64,000 bases of DNA from Acidobacteriota bacterium (GCA_021323895.1 JAJPKD010000147.1:81-64080), one strand, 5' to 3'; positions 36,734-44,891 are shown, counted from the first letter of the stretch. The notes: generated from the letters alone by a model not told the origin. Translations and numbers: made by a program.

Positions 36734-37042
36734 TTGAAAATATTTTTCACTGTCAAACGAGCCGTTAAGAGATGGCTGCTGCGCACGCTTCAACCCTGTC
36801 GTCAGATGGTGGCGCTCATGTCTGAGTCGATGGAGCGCAGGCTGAGTCTGGGTGAATTCCTCAAGCTGAGACTTCACTTGCTGGTATGCGCCTGGTGTGC
36901 TCGCTATTTGCGACAAATCAAGTTCGTCCGTTCACTATTGCGGGGTCAGCGCGGGACGAAAACAGAGATGGTTCCAGCCCTGGCCGCGGATGCCCGCGAC
37001 CGTATCGCCCAGTCGCTCAAGGCCTGCATACACAAATCGTAA
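36734..37042 (+). CDS. small zf-HC2 (ZAS-motif) putative anti-sigma factor, paralog of 34859-35173
   Basis: KRAVKRWLLRTLQPCRQMVALMSESMERRLSLGEFLKLRLHLLVCAWCARYL aligns residue for residue with KHAIRYWLLRKLPTCQQTVEKISQSMERKLTLRERIDVKLHLWICAWCQWYL. It uses a TTG start 10 nt after the peptidase stop. Confidence 0.55.
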   Translation: MKIFFTVKRAVKRWLLRTLQPCRQMVALMSESMERRLSLGEFLKLRLHLLVCAWCARYLRQIKFVRSLLRGQRGTKTEMVPALAADARDRIAQSLKACIHKS

Positions 37043-37059
37043 ATCGATGAGCTTCTTCT

Positions 37060-37088
37060 TGTAAGGAACAACTTACTGAATCGACTAA
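37060..37088 (+). promoter_or_regulatory. promoter-like motif TGTAAGG-N15-CGACTAA
   Basis: It lies 18 nt after the stop of 36734-37042 and upstream of the MIP channel gene. The flanks (cttgtaaggaac…tcgactaacaag) are identical to the copy at 44813. Confidence 0.45.
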
Positions 37089-37327
37089 CAAGTTGTACGA
37101 GGTAGTCTTGAGGAGACGGAAAGTCGATGCGACGTAGGTTGAAAATAAGGAAGAGACTTCAGCGCTTACGAACTAAGGCGCGCAGGGTCATGGACAGAAC
37201 GGGCCGAGGCGCAAGTACCCTGCAAAGTTTCAATTTCTGCCTGATCAGCGCTGGCCTGACCGATCCGTTTCCAGGCTGAAGCGTCGCAATCATCCACAAA
37301 CATTGAGGAGTCGCGCGAGTTCGCGCG

Positions 37328-38239
37328 ATGAAGCAGATGGAACTGTCGAGTTCTGACAATACAAGTGTGTTCGACATGTTGCGGCGGCGAATGATGATGC
37401 CGGAACCGTGGAGCGTTATTGAACCGCTACCGGCCGCGAATCGGTGGAGTGATCGAATGATGGATGCGTTGAAGCAACACTGGCCGGAATACCTGATGGA
37501 AGCGGCCGAATTGGGGCTCTTCATGATCTCGGCCTGCGCGTTCACCGTGTTGTTGTATCACCCGTCATCATTTATGGCGCAAAGCATTCATGGCGAAATC
37601 GTCCGGCGCATGTTGATGGGAACGGCGATGGGATCGACTGCGATCGCGATCATCTTTTCGCCCTTGGGCAAGAGATCAGGTGGACACTTCAATCCATCCG
37701 TCACGCTGACTTTCTTTCGACTCGGCAAGATAGCCGCTTGGGACGCGGCCTTTTACGCGCTCTTTCAATTCGCCGGGGCCGTAGCCGGGGTCGTCATTGC
37801 TTCGATAGTCCTGGGCAGCTTAGTTGCGCACCAGTCGGTGAACTACGCCGCCACAGTTCCCGGTATGGCGGGACAGTTGGCCGCGTTTTTCGCCGAAGTC
37901 TGCATCGCTTTCATTTTGATGACGGTCGTGCTGAATGTCTCAAATTCGAAACGTTTGAGCCGCTGGACCGGATTGTTTGTGGGAGCGTTGGTCGCGACCT
38001 ACATCACCATCGAGGCGCCAATTTCAGGCATGAGCATGAACCCGGCGCGAACCCTAGGTTCGGCGTTTGGCGCGCATGTTTGGACTTCGCTCTGGATCTA
38101 TTTCACAGCGCCGCCGATGGGAATGTTGCTGGCGGCGGAGGTTTTTCAACGGATGAAGGCAGGTCGCGCGATCGCGTGCGCGAAGCTGCATCACCACAAC
38201 ACACAACGTTGCATCTTTCGGTGCAACTTTGAAGGGTAA
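37328..38239 (+). CDS. MIP/aquaporin family channel
   Basis: The first NPA-type box is GGHFNPSVTL and the second is GMSMNPARTLG, with 6 TM segments. The start is uncertain. The ATG at 37457, preceded by GGTGGAG, would remove an atypical extension of about 43 aa. Confidence 0.8.
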   Translation: MKQMELSSSDNTSVFDMLRRRMMMPEPWSVIEPLPAANRWSDRMMDALKQHWPEYLMEAAELGLFMISACAFTVLLYHPSSFMAQSIHGEIVRRMLMGTAMGSTAIAIIFSPLGKRSGGHFNPSVTLTFFRLGKIAAWDAAFYALFQFAGAVAGVVIASIVLGSLVAHQSVNYAATVPGMAGQLAAFFAEVCIAFILMTVVLNVSNSKRLSRWTGLFVGALVATYITIEAPISGMSMNPARTLGSAFGAHVWTSLWIYFTAPPMGMLLAAEVFQRMKAGRAIACAKLHHHNTQRCIFRCNFEG

Positions 38240-38291
38240 CGCAAGTTGTTAACTTGCGTCGGGGTTAACAATCGCAAGTTATCAACTTGCG
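38240..38291. promoter_or_regulatory. two copies of the 19-bp palindrome CGCAAGTT-N3-AACTTGCG (operator-like, or twin hairpins)
   Basis: The copies are cgcaagttgttaacttgcg (38240-38258) and cgcaagttatcaacttgcg (38273-38291), 33 bp centre to centre. They lie between the MIP stop (38239) and the RBS of the spondin-like gene. Confidence 0.5.
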
Positions 38292-38316
38292 CTACATAAG
38301 AAGGAGAAACTGAATC

Positions 38317-39117
38317 ATGAGTACGAGAAGAATGCTGATCGTTGCAGTTGCCATGGTCGCGCTTGCCGGTTCCTCGGCCTACGCGCAGATGAACGACTCG
38401 ATGATGGCGGGCAACAACATGAAGGCGAAGACGATGTCCAAGAAACAGATGGGCATGAAACCGATGAAAGGCGCGACCAAATTCAAGGTTCGCGTCGAAA
38501 ACATTTCCGATCCGGCCGGCATGACTGCGTCGAACGGCGCGAAGTTTCCGTTCGCGCTTTCGCCTGGCTTGTTCGTATTAAGTGCGAAGAACGGCGTGCT
38601 GTTCACGGAAGGTAAGGCGGCTCGGGCCAACGGCCTCGAGATGCAAGCTGAAGACGGCGATCCGTCCGGACTCGTCAAGTCTTTTGAAGCAATGCATCAC
38701 GCGTCCAACCTGCACGGCGTCTTCAACACGCCGGTAGGGGCAATGGGTGCGGGTCCAATCCGTCCCGGCGACAGCTTTGAATACACGTTCACGGCGGCGC
38801 CGGGCATGAAGCTTTTCAGCACGATGATGTTCGGCCAGTCGAACGATTGGTTCTATTCACCCGACGCCAATGGCATCGCGTTGTTCGATTCGAAAGGCAT
38901 GCCGGTCACTGGTGACATCACCAATAAGTTTGTGCTGTGGAACGCGGGTACCGAGGTCGATGAAGAAATCGGTATCGGCCCGAACCAGGGTCCACGACAG
39001 AAAGGCTTGAACACTGGTGCGGATGAGCATGGCGTGGTGAATCGTGTTAAAGACACGCGCTGGGCCAACAATGCGCAGTTCTTCCGCGTCACCATCACGC
39101 CGGAAGCCGGAATGTAA
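38317..39117 (+). CDS. secreted spondin_N-domain protein with Met-rich N-terminal segment
   Basis: 266 aa. It has a signal peptide, then QMNDSMMAGNNMKAKTMSKKQMGMKPMKG, then a spondin-N-like body (KFKVRVENIS...FSTMMFGQSNDWFYSP...LWNAGTEVDEE). A strong RBS (AAGGAG) precedes it. Confidence 0.65.
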   Translation: MSTRRMLIVAVAMVALAGSSAYAQMNDSMMAGNNMKAKTMSKKQMGMKPMKGATKFKVRVENISDPAGMTASNGAKFPFALSPGLFVLSAKNGVLFTEGKAARANGLEMQAEDGDPSGLVKSFEAMHHASNLHGVFNTPVGAMGAGPIRPGDSFEYTFTAAPGMKLFSTMMFGQSNDWFYSPDANGIALFDSKGMPVTGDITNKFVLWNAGTEVDEEIGIGPNQGPRQKGLNTGADEHGVVNRVKDTRWANNAQFFRVTITPEAGM

Positions 39118-39120
39118 TTT

Positions 39121-39269
39121 TGTGGAGTGCGGTGGTGGCCAGTGTCAGTACCCGGAGCGTTAGCGACGGGATCAGGTGACTCTTGCGCCGCAACAAGATC
39201 CGCTCGCTATCGCTCGCGGTACCGACACAATCCAAAGCGGTGTCTTGCCGGCCACTGCACTCCAAACAT
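39121..39269. repeat. palindromic intergenic repeat of about 150 bp, family C (GGAGTGCGGTGG type)
   Basis: The left arm tgtggagtgcggtggtggcc pairs with the right arm ggccactgcactccaaaca. The 12-mer ggagtgcggtgg recurs at 42470-42481. Confidence 0.6.
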
Positions 39270-39279
39270 TTGGGGCACT

Positions 39280-39300
39280 AGCCCGACCGTAAGGGAGGGC
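39280..39300 (+). repeat. family B repeat unit (AGCCCGACCGTNAGGGAGGGC)
   Basis: agcccgaccgtaagggagggc lies 20 nt upstream of the ATG at 39321. Confidence 0.75.
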
Positions 39301-39320
39301 TCAACGAAGAGAGGCTCTGT

Positions 39321-40211
39321 ATGAAAAAGACAATTCAAACCATCGCAGTTGCACTGATTCTTTTGTCGGTCTCGCTAATGGCCAACGCGCAAACCGTCGA
39401 GAAGAAATCGCTTACGATCGACGGCGCCAAGAAAGTCATCGCTGCCGCGGTTGCTTACGCCAAGAAGAACAACGCACCGGGTGGAGTCATCGCCGTCGTC
39501 GATGAAGGCGGCAACCTGATGGCTCTGGAACGCCTCGATGGCACGTTTGCAGCGGGCGCGAATATCTCGATCGGCAAAGCACGCACAGCCGTGCTTTTCA
39601 AACGTCCGACCAAAGCGTTCGAAGACATCATCAAGAATGGCCGCACGGCGATGGTTGCTTTGCCTGATGCTTACTTCACGCCATTGCAAGGCGGAGTGCC
39701 GATCACGGTTGACGGACAAATAGTCGGCGGTGTCGGAGTAAGCGGCGCCTCAAGCGCGCAGCAGGACGAGGAACTGGCGATGGCCGGCGCAGGTGTGTTC
39801 TCGGCGGAGATGAAGACAAGTGAGACGATGCCGGCAACCAAATCACCGGTGCTTTTCTTCGATGCGAGTCAGGTCAACGCATCTTTCTCGAAGGGTGCGG
39901 TGCTGCTGGACGGAACAGATCGAAATTATATGGTTCACACCAGTCGCCGCGACAAACCGGGGCGGGCTGAGATTCACACGCTGGACACCGACATCCTTTA
40001 TGTCATGCAAGGCACGGCCACTTTTGTGACCGGTGGGACGGCCGTCGAAGCGAAAGAGATCGCGGCTAATGAAATCCGTGGCTCACGCATCGATGGGGGT
40101 GATACGCGACAGTTGAAAAAGGGCGATGTGATTATCGTTCCCAACAACACGCCGCACTGGTTCAAAGATGTGAGTGGAGAGTTTCTCTACTACACGATTA
40201 AGGTCCGCTAA
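39321..40211 (+). CDS. GlcG/HbpS-like (DUF336) haem-binding-type domain fused to a C-terminal cupin-like domain, secreted
   Basis: 296 aa. It has a signal peptide. The DUF336 pattern is GGVIAVVDEGGNLMALERLDG...SIGKARTAVLF...GGVPI..DGQIVGGVGVSGASSAQQDEE. The C-terminal part is ...GDVIIVPNNTPHWF (cupin). Confidence 0.7.
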   Translation: MKKTIQTIAVALILLSVSLMANAQTVEKKSLTIDGAKKVIAAAVAYAKKNNAPGGVIAVVDEGGNLMALERLDGTFAAGANISIGKARTAVLFKRPTKAFEDIIKNGRTAMVALPDAYFTPLQGGVPITVDGQIVGGVGVSGASSAQQDEELAMAGAGVFSAEMKTSETMPATKSPVLFFDASQVNASFSKGAVLLDGTDRNYMVHTSRRDKPGRAEIHTLDTDILYVMQGTATFVTGGTAVEAKEIAANEIRGSRIDGGDTRQLKKGDVIIVPNNTPHWFKDVSGEFLYYTIKVR

Positions 40212-40235
40212 CCCGAATTTGTGAAAGAGGTAGTC

Positions 40236-40730
40236 ATGAACACCAAACGAATTCTCCAAGCACTGTTTCTCGTGGCAGTCGCAGCCATTGGCGTTAAAGC
40301 GCAGCTGCCGACGAAGCAAGTCTTAACGCTGGCTGCGGCCAAAAAGATTGCGGCCGCGTCCGAAGCGGAGGCCAGGAAACGTGGCGCGACAGTCGTGATC
40401 GCCGTGGTCGATGACGGTGGTTATCTGCTCGTGCTTGAGCGACTCGACGAAACGCAGGTTGCCAGCGTTGATGTCGGCATCGCCAAGGCACGCACGGCGG
40501 CGATCTTTCGCCGGCCCAGCAAAGTGTTTGAGGACCAGGTGAAGAATGGCCGCGTCTCCGCGCTGGCCTTCCCCGGCGCAGTGGCTCTGCAAGGTGGAGT
40601 CCCAATCATTATCGACGGCAAGGTCGTGGGCGCGGTTGGCGTCAGCGGCAACTCGCCGCAGGAAGATGAAGACATTGCCAAAGTAGGCGCTGATTACGCA
40701 GCCGAGGCAATCAAAGGAGGCAAGCAATGA
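40236..40730 (+). CDS. GlcG/HbpS-like (DUF336) protein, secreted
   Basis: The DUF336 pattern is the same as in the upstream gene (VVIAVVDDGGYLLVLERLDE...GIAKARTAAIF...GGVPIIIDGKVVGAVGVSGNSPQEDED). I chose the ATG at 40236, after AAAGAGG. The track start is GTG 40221. Confidence 0.75.
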   Translation: MNTKRILQALFLVAVAAIGVKAQLPTKQVLTLAAAKKIAAASEAEARKRGATVVIAVVDDGGYLLVLERLDETQVASVDVGIAKARTAAIFRRPSKVFEDQVKNGRVSALAFPGAVALQGGVPIIIDGKVVGAVGVSGNSPQEDEDIAKVGADYAAEAIKGGKQ

Positions 40731-42466
40731 ACGCGCGAAAGTTAACTAATGCATTGAGGGCCGCATTTCTGATCGTTATCGCCGCGGCGCTGTACTTTGG
40801 TTTGTCAGCGAACGCGCGAAACGCGACTGAGGCAGGCAGGACTTCGGCAGATGTCCCTCCGGGCGTGCCCGCGGCGACGATTGATCTCGCAACCGTCGAT
40901 GGCGTGCGCGCGGTCAAGGGCGAGTGGCGCTACAGCGATACAAAGATTGTCGAAACAAACTTCGTTAGTGCCGGCCCAGACAAACAGCCGACTGGGGCGC
41001 CGGTGAAAACCTATGATTACACGCCGCACGCCGGAGGGGCCGACTTCGACGATTCGAAGTGGGAAGTCATTGCCCCGACCACGTTGGACCAACGCCGCGG
41101 CAACGGACGACTCGGCTTCAACTGGTATCGCCTCAAGCTGACGATTCCGGAACGCGTCGGTGGTTTCGATCCGACGGGAACAACCGCAGTGTTTGAAACA
41201 TCGCTTTATGACTACGCTGAAATTTGGGTTGATGGCGAGTTGTCGCGCGCCCTGGGGCAGTCAGGTGGCTCCGTGATTGCCGGGTGGAACGCGCGCAATC
41301 AGTTGGTTGTGGGCCGCAACGTAAAGCCGGGCCAACAGATTCAACTCGCCATCTTCGGCATCAATGGCCCGCTGTCGAATCCACCGACTAATTTCATTTA
41401 CCTGCGCTACGCGAAGCTCTCGTTCTACAAAACTGAGCCCGGTCCAGTCGCGCTGACGCCGAGCGAGGTCAACGTCGAAGTTGAGCGTGACGACCCGGCG
41501 ATGAATGAAATCGTTGGTCCCAATCCGAAGGTCTTCAAACTGGCCGATGGATTCAAGTTTACGGAAGGCCCCATCTGGGTGAATAAAGATGCCGGTTATC
41601 TGCTATTCAGCGATCCAAATGCGAACACAATCTACAAATACGCGCCCAACGGAAGCTCAGAACGAAAGCTCGATGTGTTCCGTACGCCGAGCGGTTATTC
41701 AGGTTCCGACATCGCCGAGTATGGTCAACCGGGTTCGAATGGTCTGACCCTCGATCCGCAGGGTCGGCTCACGATCAATCAGCACGGCAATCATCGCGTC
41801 GTCCGTGATGAGACAGACGGAACCCAAACCGTTCTGGCTGACAGCTATCAAGGCAAACGACTGAACAGCCCCAATGATCTCGTCTATCGATCGGATGGCA
41901 CGCTTTTCTTTACTGATCCGCCGTTTGGCTTTCCCAAAGCTTTTGAAGATGCTCGGAAGGAACTGCCCTTCAGCGGCGTCTATTCGATCTACAAAGGCAA
42001 ACTGCAACTGGTGAGCAAGGACTTTACGGGTCCGAACGGCATCGCATTTTCGCCGGATGAAAAATATCTATACGTCGGTAACTGGCCGCGCGCGATCACG
42101 GGTCAGCATCCGCGCCCTGGCGACGAGCCTGTCAGCGAGATTGGCGAGAAGCACAAAGCGATCATGCGCTACGAAGTGCAGGCAGACGGAACGTTGAAGA
42201 ATGGAAAACTCTTCTTCGATTTTACGTCCGCGCCGGGTGAAGACGGACTTGATGGAATTAAGGTCGATCGGAAAGGTAACTTGTACGTGTCGGCGCCGGG
42301 TGGGCTTTGGGTAATCTCGCCTGAAGGCAAACACCTAGGCACGATTATTACGCCAAAGCATGCGCATAACATGGCATGGGGCGATGCGGATGGGAAGACG
42401 CTTTATCTCTGCGCGCGCTCAGGTCTGTATCGGATGCGACTGAACATCGGGGGCGTGCGGCCGTGA
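40727..42466 (+). CDS. SMP-30/gluconolactonase/LRE-like beta-propeller protein with N-terminal sugar-binding-like domain
   Basis: 579 aa. The C-terminal part (...FTEGPIWV...LLFSDPNANTIYKY...NGLTLDPQGRL...PNDLVYRSDGTLFFTDP...PNGIAFSPDEKYLYV) is the SGL pattern. An ATGA overlap joins it to the previous gene. Confidence 0.75.
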   Translation: MNARKLTNALRAAFLIVIAAALYFGLSANARNATEAGRTSADVPPGVPAATIDLATVDGVRAVKGEWRYSDTKIVETNFVSAGPDKQPTGAPVKTYDYTPHAGGADFDDSKWEVIAPTTLDQRRGNGRLGFNWYRLKLTIPERVGGFDPTGTTAVFETSLYDYAEIWVDGELSRALGQSGGSVIAGWNARNQLVVGRNVKPGQQIQLAIFGINGPLSNPPTNFIYLRYAKLSFYKTEPGPVALTPSEVNVEVERDDPAMNEIVGPNPKVFKLADGFKFTEGPIWVNKDAGYLLFSDPNANTIYKYAPNGSSERKLDVFRTPSGYSGSDIAEYGQPGSNGLTLDPQGRLTINQHGNHRVVRDETDGTQTVLADSYQGKRLNSPNDLVYRSDGTLFFTDPPFGFPKAFEDARKELPFSGVYSIYKGKLQLVSKDFTGPNGIAFSPDEKYLYVGNWPRAITGQHPRPGDEPVSEIGEKHKAIMRYEVQADGTLKNGKLFFDFTSAPGEDGLDGIKVDRKGNLYVSAPGGLWVISPEGKHLGTIITPKHAHNMAWGDADGKTLYLCARSGLYRMRLNIGGVRP

Positions 42467-42467
42467 A

Positions 42468-42530
42468 TTGGAGTGCGGTGGCAAGCGCAGCGCGGCGGAT
42501 CTTGAGGCACACAAGCTGACTCCGCATTTG
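42468..42530. repeat. family C-related repeat fragment
   Basis: ttggagtgcggtggcaagcgcagcgcggcgg…gactccgcat shares the ggagtgcggtgg core with 39124-39135. The extent is uncertain. Confidence 0.4.
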
Positions 42531-42648
42531 AAAGCTTCGTTCGAACGCCGCCAGAACAAAGGTTGGATGACTTAGATCACGACGTGGAAACGTGTGCCGG
42601 ACACAACGCAGTGATGGATTCAGCGAGAGAATCGCGAGGAACAACAAG

Positions 42649-43116
42649 ATGACACTTGCAATCACTACAAATCAGGCGGCATCGGTTCGAAAACTGGGCG
42701 AGCTTTTCATTCGTTACGGTCTGGTGATTGTGCTCGGCTGGATTGGGGCCATGAAGTTCACCGCTTACGAGGCTGCCGGCATCAAGGCTCTCGTCGAAAC
42801 CAGCCCTTTCATGAACTGGATGTACAAGGCCTTTAGCCTGCAAGCGACTTCGAACGTCATCGGCGTCACCGAGCTAACTGCTGCGGCGCTAATCGCTATC
42901 AAGCCATTATCCGGGAAGCTGTCCGCGGTGGGCAGCGTCCTGGCGGTCTTTACTTTCTTGGCGACGCTGACGTTTTTGTTTTCACTGCCGGGTTGGGAAA
43001 AGAGCCTAGGCGGATTTCCCGCGCTATCAGGCTCGGGCGGATTTCTGCTTAAAGATACGGTGTTATTGGGTGCGGCGTTGTTCACGCTGGGGGACTCATT
43101 GGCCAGCAGGAAATAG
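42649..43116 (+). CDS. DUF417 (YkgB-like) membrane protein
   Basis: LFIRYGLVIVLGWIGAMKFTAYEAAGIKALVETSPFMNWMY is the DUF417 signature. I used the internal ATG at 42649. Confidence 0.7.
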   Translation: MTLAITTNQAASVRKLGELFIRYGLVIVLGWIGAMKFTAYEAAGIKALVETSPFMNWMYKAFSLQATSNVIGVTELTAAALIAIKPLSGKLSAVGSVLAVFTFLATLTFLFSLPGWEKSLGGFPALSGSGGFLLKDTVLLGAALFTLGDSLASRK

Positions 43117-43154
43117 AAAGCAAGAGCCATCTCGTTTTATTTAGGAGCAAACGC

Positions 43155-43850
43155 ATGGCGGGCATTGACGAAGTAGTCAGCCGAATTCTCGATCGGCTCG
43201 CAGAAGTGCCGGGCGATCGCAGTTTGCTTGTTGGCATCAGTGGCATCGATGGCTGTGGCAAGGGCTTTATCGCGGCGCAGCTAGAAGCTCACCTGGCTCA
43301 GCGAGCCGTAGCATCCGTGGTCATCAATGTGGATGGCTGGTTGAATTTGCCTGAACGGCGGTTCGACGCAAACGCGCCGGCCGAGAATTTCTATCAACGC
43401 GCGATTCGATTCGATGAGTTCTTTACCAACCTCGTGATGCCGCTACGCGATCACCGTTCGGTTCATTTGATTTCCGATTTCGCGGAAGAGACAGCGACGC
43501 AATACCGTCAGCATGTCTACGATGTCCGCAACGTTGATGTGGTACTGGTCGAAGGAATCTTCCTTTTCAAACACGAGTATCGTGACTTCTTCGATGTGAA
43601 AATTTGGGTCGAGTGTTCGTTCGCGACGGCTTTAGCGCGGGCGCTTGAGCGAGGCCAGGAAGGTCTATCGCCGGCAAGAACGATAGCTGCGTACGAAACG
43701 ATCTACTTTCCGGCCCAGAGAATTCATTTCGAGCGAGACGAACCCCGAGCGGCTGCGGACATCATCTGCGATAACGACTTGTACCGGCCGCGATTGTTTT
43801 CAGCCGTCCGCGGCACTTACAGAAATTCTCATTCGCTTCTGATCCATTAA
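43155..43850 (+). CDS. P-loop nucleoside/nucleotide kinase family protein (uridine-kinase-like)
   Basis: 231 aa. It has the Walker A-like GISGIDGCGKG and ...VVLVEGIFLF.... The substrate is unknown. Confidence 0.55.
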   Translation: MAGIDEVVSRILDRLAEVPGDRSLLVGISGIDGCGKGFIAAQLEAHLAQRAVASVVINVDGWLNLPERRFDANAPAENFYQRAIRFDEFFTNLVMPLRDHRSVHLISDFAEETATQYRQHVYDVRNVDVVLVEGIFLFKHEYRDFFDVKIWVECSFATALARALERGQEGLSPARTIAAYETIYFPAQRIHFERDEPRAAADIICDNDLYRPRLFSAVRGTYRNSHSLLIH

Positions 43851-44785
43851 GACTTGATTGTTGCGGCACGCGCCTTCTCTTCCAGTGGCTTCAGCCTTTC
43901 GCAAATCAATTCATGCGTCGGAACCGTTACGCCGCTTTCGCGCGCCATGCGCACGACGGCGCCGTTTTCTGATTCGAGTTCAGAAGGCTTGCCGGCGGCG
44001 ATGTCCCGTTGCATTGAACTGGTGGCCTCCTCCGGCAAAGCATTCACGCCGGCCATGACTGTTTCAATTGCGTTCGACGGCAGCTTAATGCCGCGGGCGT
44101 GAGCCAGCGCGTAGATTTCTTCCATCGCTCGAATCATCTGCGCGCGCAATACCGGATCTGTTCGAAGAGTTCCGGCGGGGGCGTTTGAGATCGCGCCCAT
44201 GCCGCTGAACGAGGCAATGAAGAGAAACTTCATCCACAGCGCCACCTGAATATCGGTAGCGATCGCCGTATCGATCCCAGCTTGAGTAAATGCACTCTGA
44301 ATCGCCACGACACGATCGCTGCGTTGATTATCCAATTCGCCAATTACTACTGAAGGTGCAAAACCAGCATGCCGAATATGACCCGGCCCAACCACGAAGC
44401 TAACAATCTTGCAGAGTCCACCGATGATCCGATCGGCGCGTAACTCGGCGGTCAACTGAGCAACGGAATCTACGCCGTTCTGCAAAGGCAGAACGGTGGT
44501 GTTGGGTCCGACCATAGGTTTCATCGAACGTGCGGCGTCCGGCACTTGCCAGGCCTTTACCCCGACAATTGCGAGATCGACCTCGCCAACTGCATCCACG
44601 CCATCCGTAGCTTTCGCCGGATCGATCACGAAGTCGCCGCGAAGACTCTCGACTCGCAAACCTGTCGTTTGAATGGCGCGTAGATGTTCGCCACGCGCAA
44701 TGAACGTTACCTCCTCGCCTGCTTGCGCGAGTCGTCCGCCGAAGTAACCACCGACTCCGCCTGTGCCAAAGATAGCTATTTTCAT
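43847..44785 (-). CDS. panE: 2-dehydropantoate 2-reductase (ApbA/PanE family)
   Basis: MKIAIFGTGGVGGYFGGRLA is the Rossmann motif at the N-terminus once the start is set to 44785. The ...SSMQRDIAAGKPSELE motif is typical of KPR. Confidence 0.8.
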   Translation of the reverse strand: MKIAIFGTGGVGGYFGGRLAQAGEEVTFIARGEHLRAIQTTGLRVESLRGDFVIDPAKATDGVDAVGEVDLAIVGVKAWQVPDAARSMKPMVGPNTTVLPLQNGVDSVAQLTAELRADRIIGGLCKIVSFVVGPGHIRHAGFAPSVVIGELDNQRSDRVVAIQSAFTQAGIDTAIATDIQVALWMKFLFIASFSGMGAISNAPAGTLRTDPVLRAQMIRAMEEIYALAHARGIKLPSNAIETVMAGVNALPEEATSSMQRDIAAGKPSELESENGAVVRMARESGVTVPTHELICERLKPLEEKARAATIKS

Positions 44786-44812
44786 AAGTGCACTGAAAAA
44801 GTTCCCTCGGCT

Positions 44813-44841
44813 TGTAAGGAACGACGAGCGCGCTCGACTAA
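44813..44841 (+). promoter_or_regulatory. promoter-like motif TGTAAGG-N15-CGACTAA
   Basis: It lies in the panE/DM13 divergent intergenic region, 51 nt upstream of the ATG at 44892. Confidence 0.45.
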
Positions 44842-44891
44842 CAAGCTGAAAGGTCACGGATTCAAAAGAAAACCCAAGGAGATTTTAGCTT

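Noticed and set aside
37043-37327. The long leader upstream of the aquaporin gene could be a riboswitch.
   Set aside because: I could not recognise any known riboswitch core in it. The only conserved element I can point to is the TGTAAGG-N15-CGACTAA motif at its 5' end. An Rfam scan would be needed.
38240-38291. The twin palindromes could be a simple Rho-independent terminator of the aquaporin gene.
   Set aside because: The stems are only 8 bp with 3-nt loops. No U-run follows either hairpin, and the structure is duplicated at helical phasing. I kept it as an operator or RNA-element candidate instead.
39127-39324. A 65-aa ORF (and 42348-42665 on the minus strand) inside intergenic repeat elements.
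   Set aside because: The sequence is a palindromic dispersed repeat (family C plus a family B unit). Such repeats generate recurrent pseudo-ORFs, and there are no start signals.
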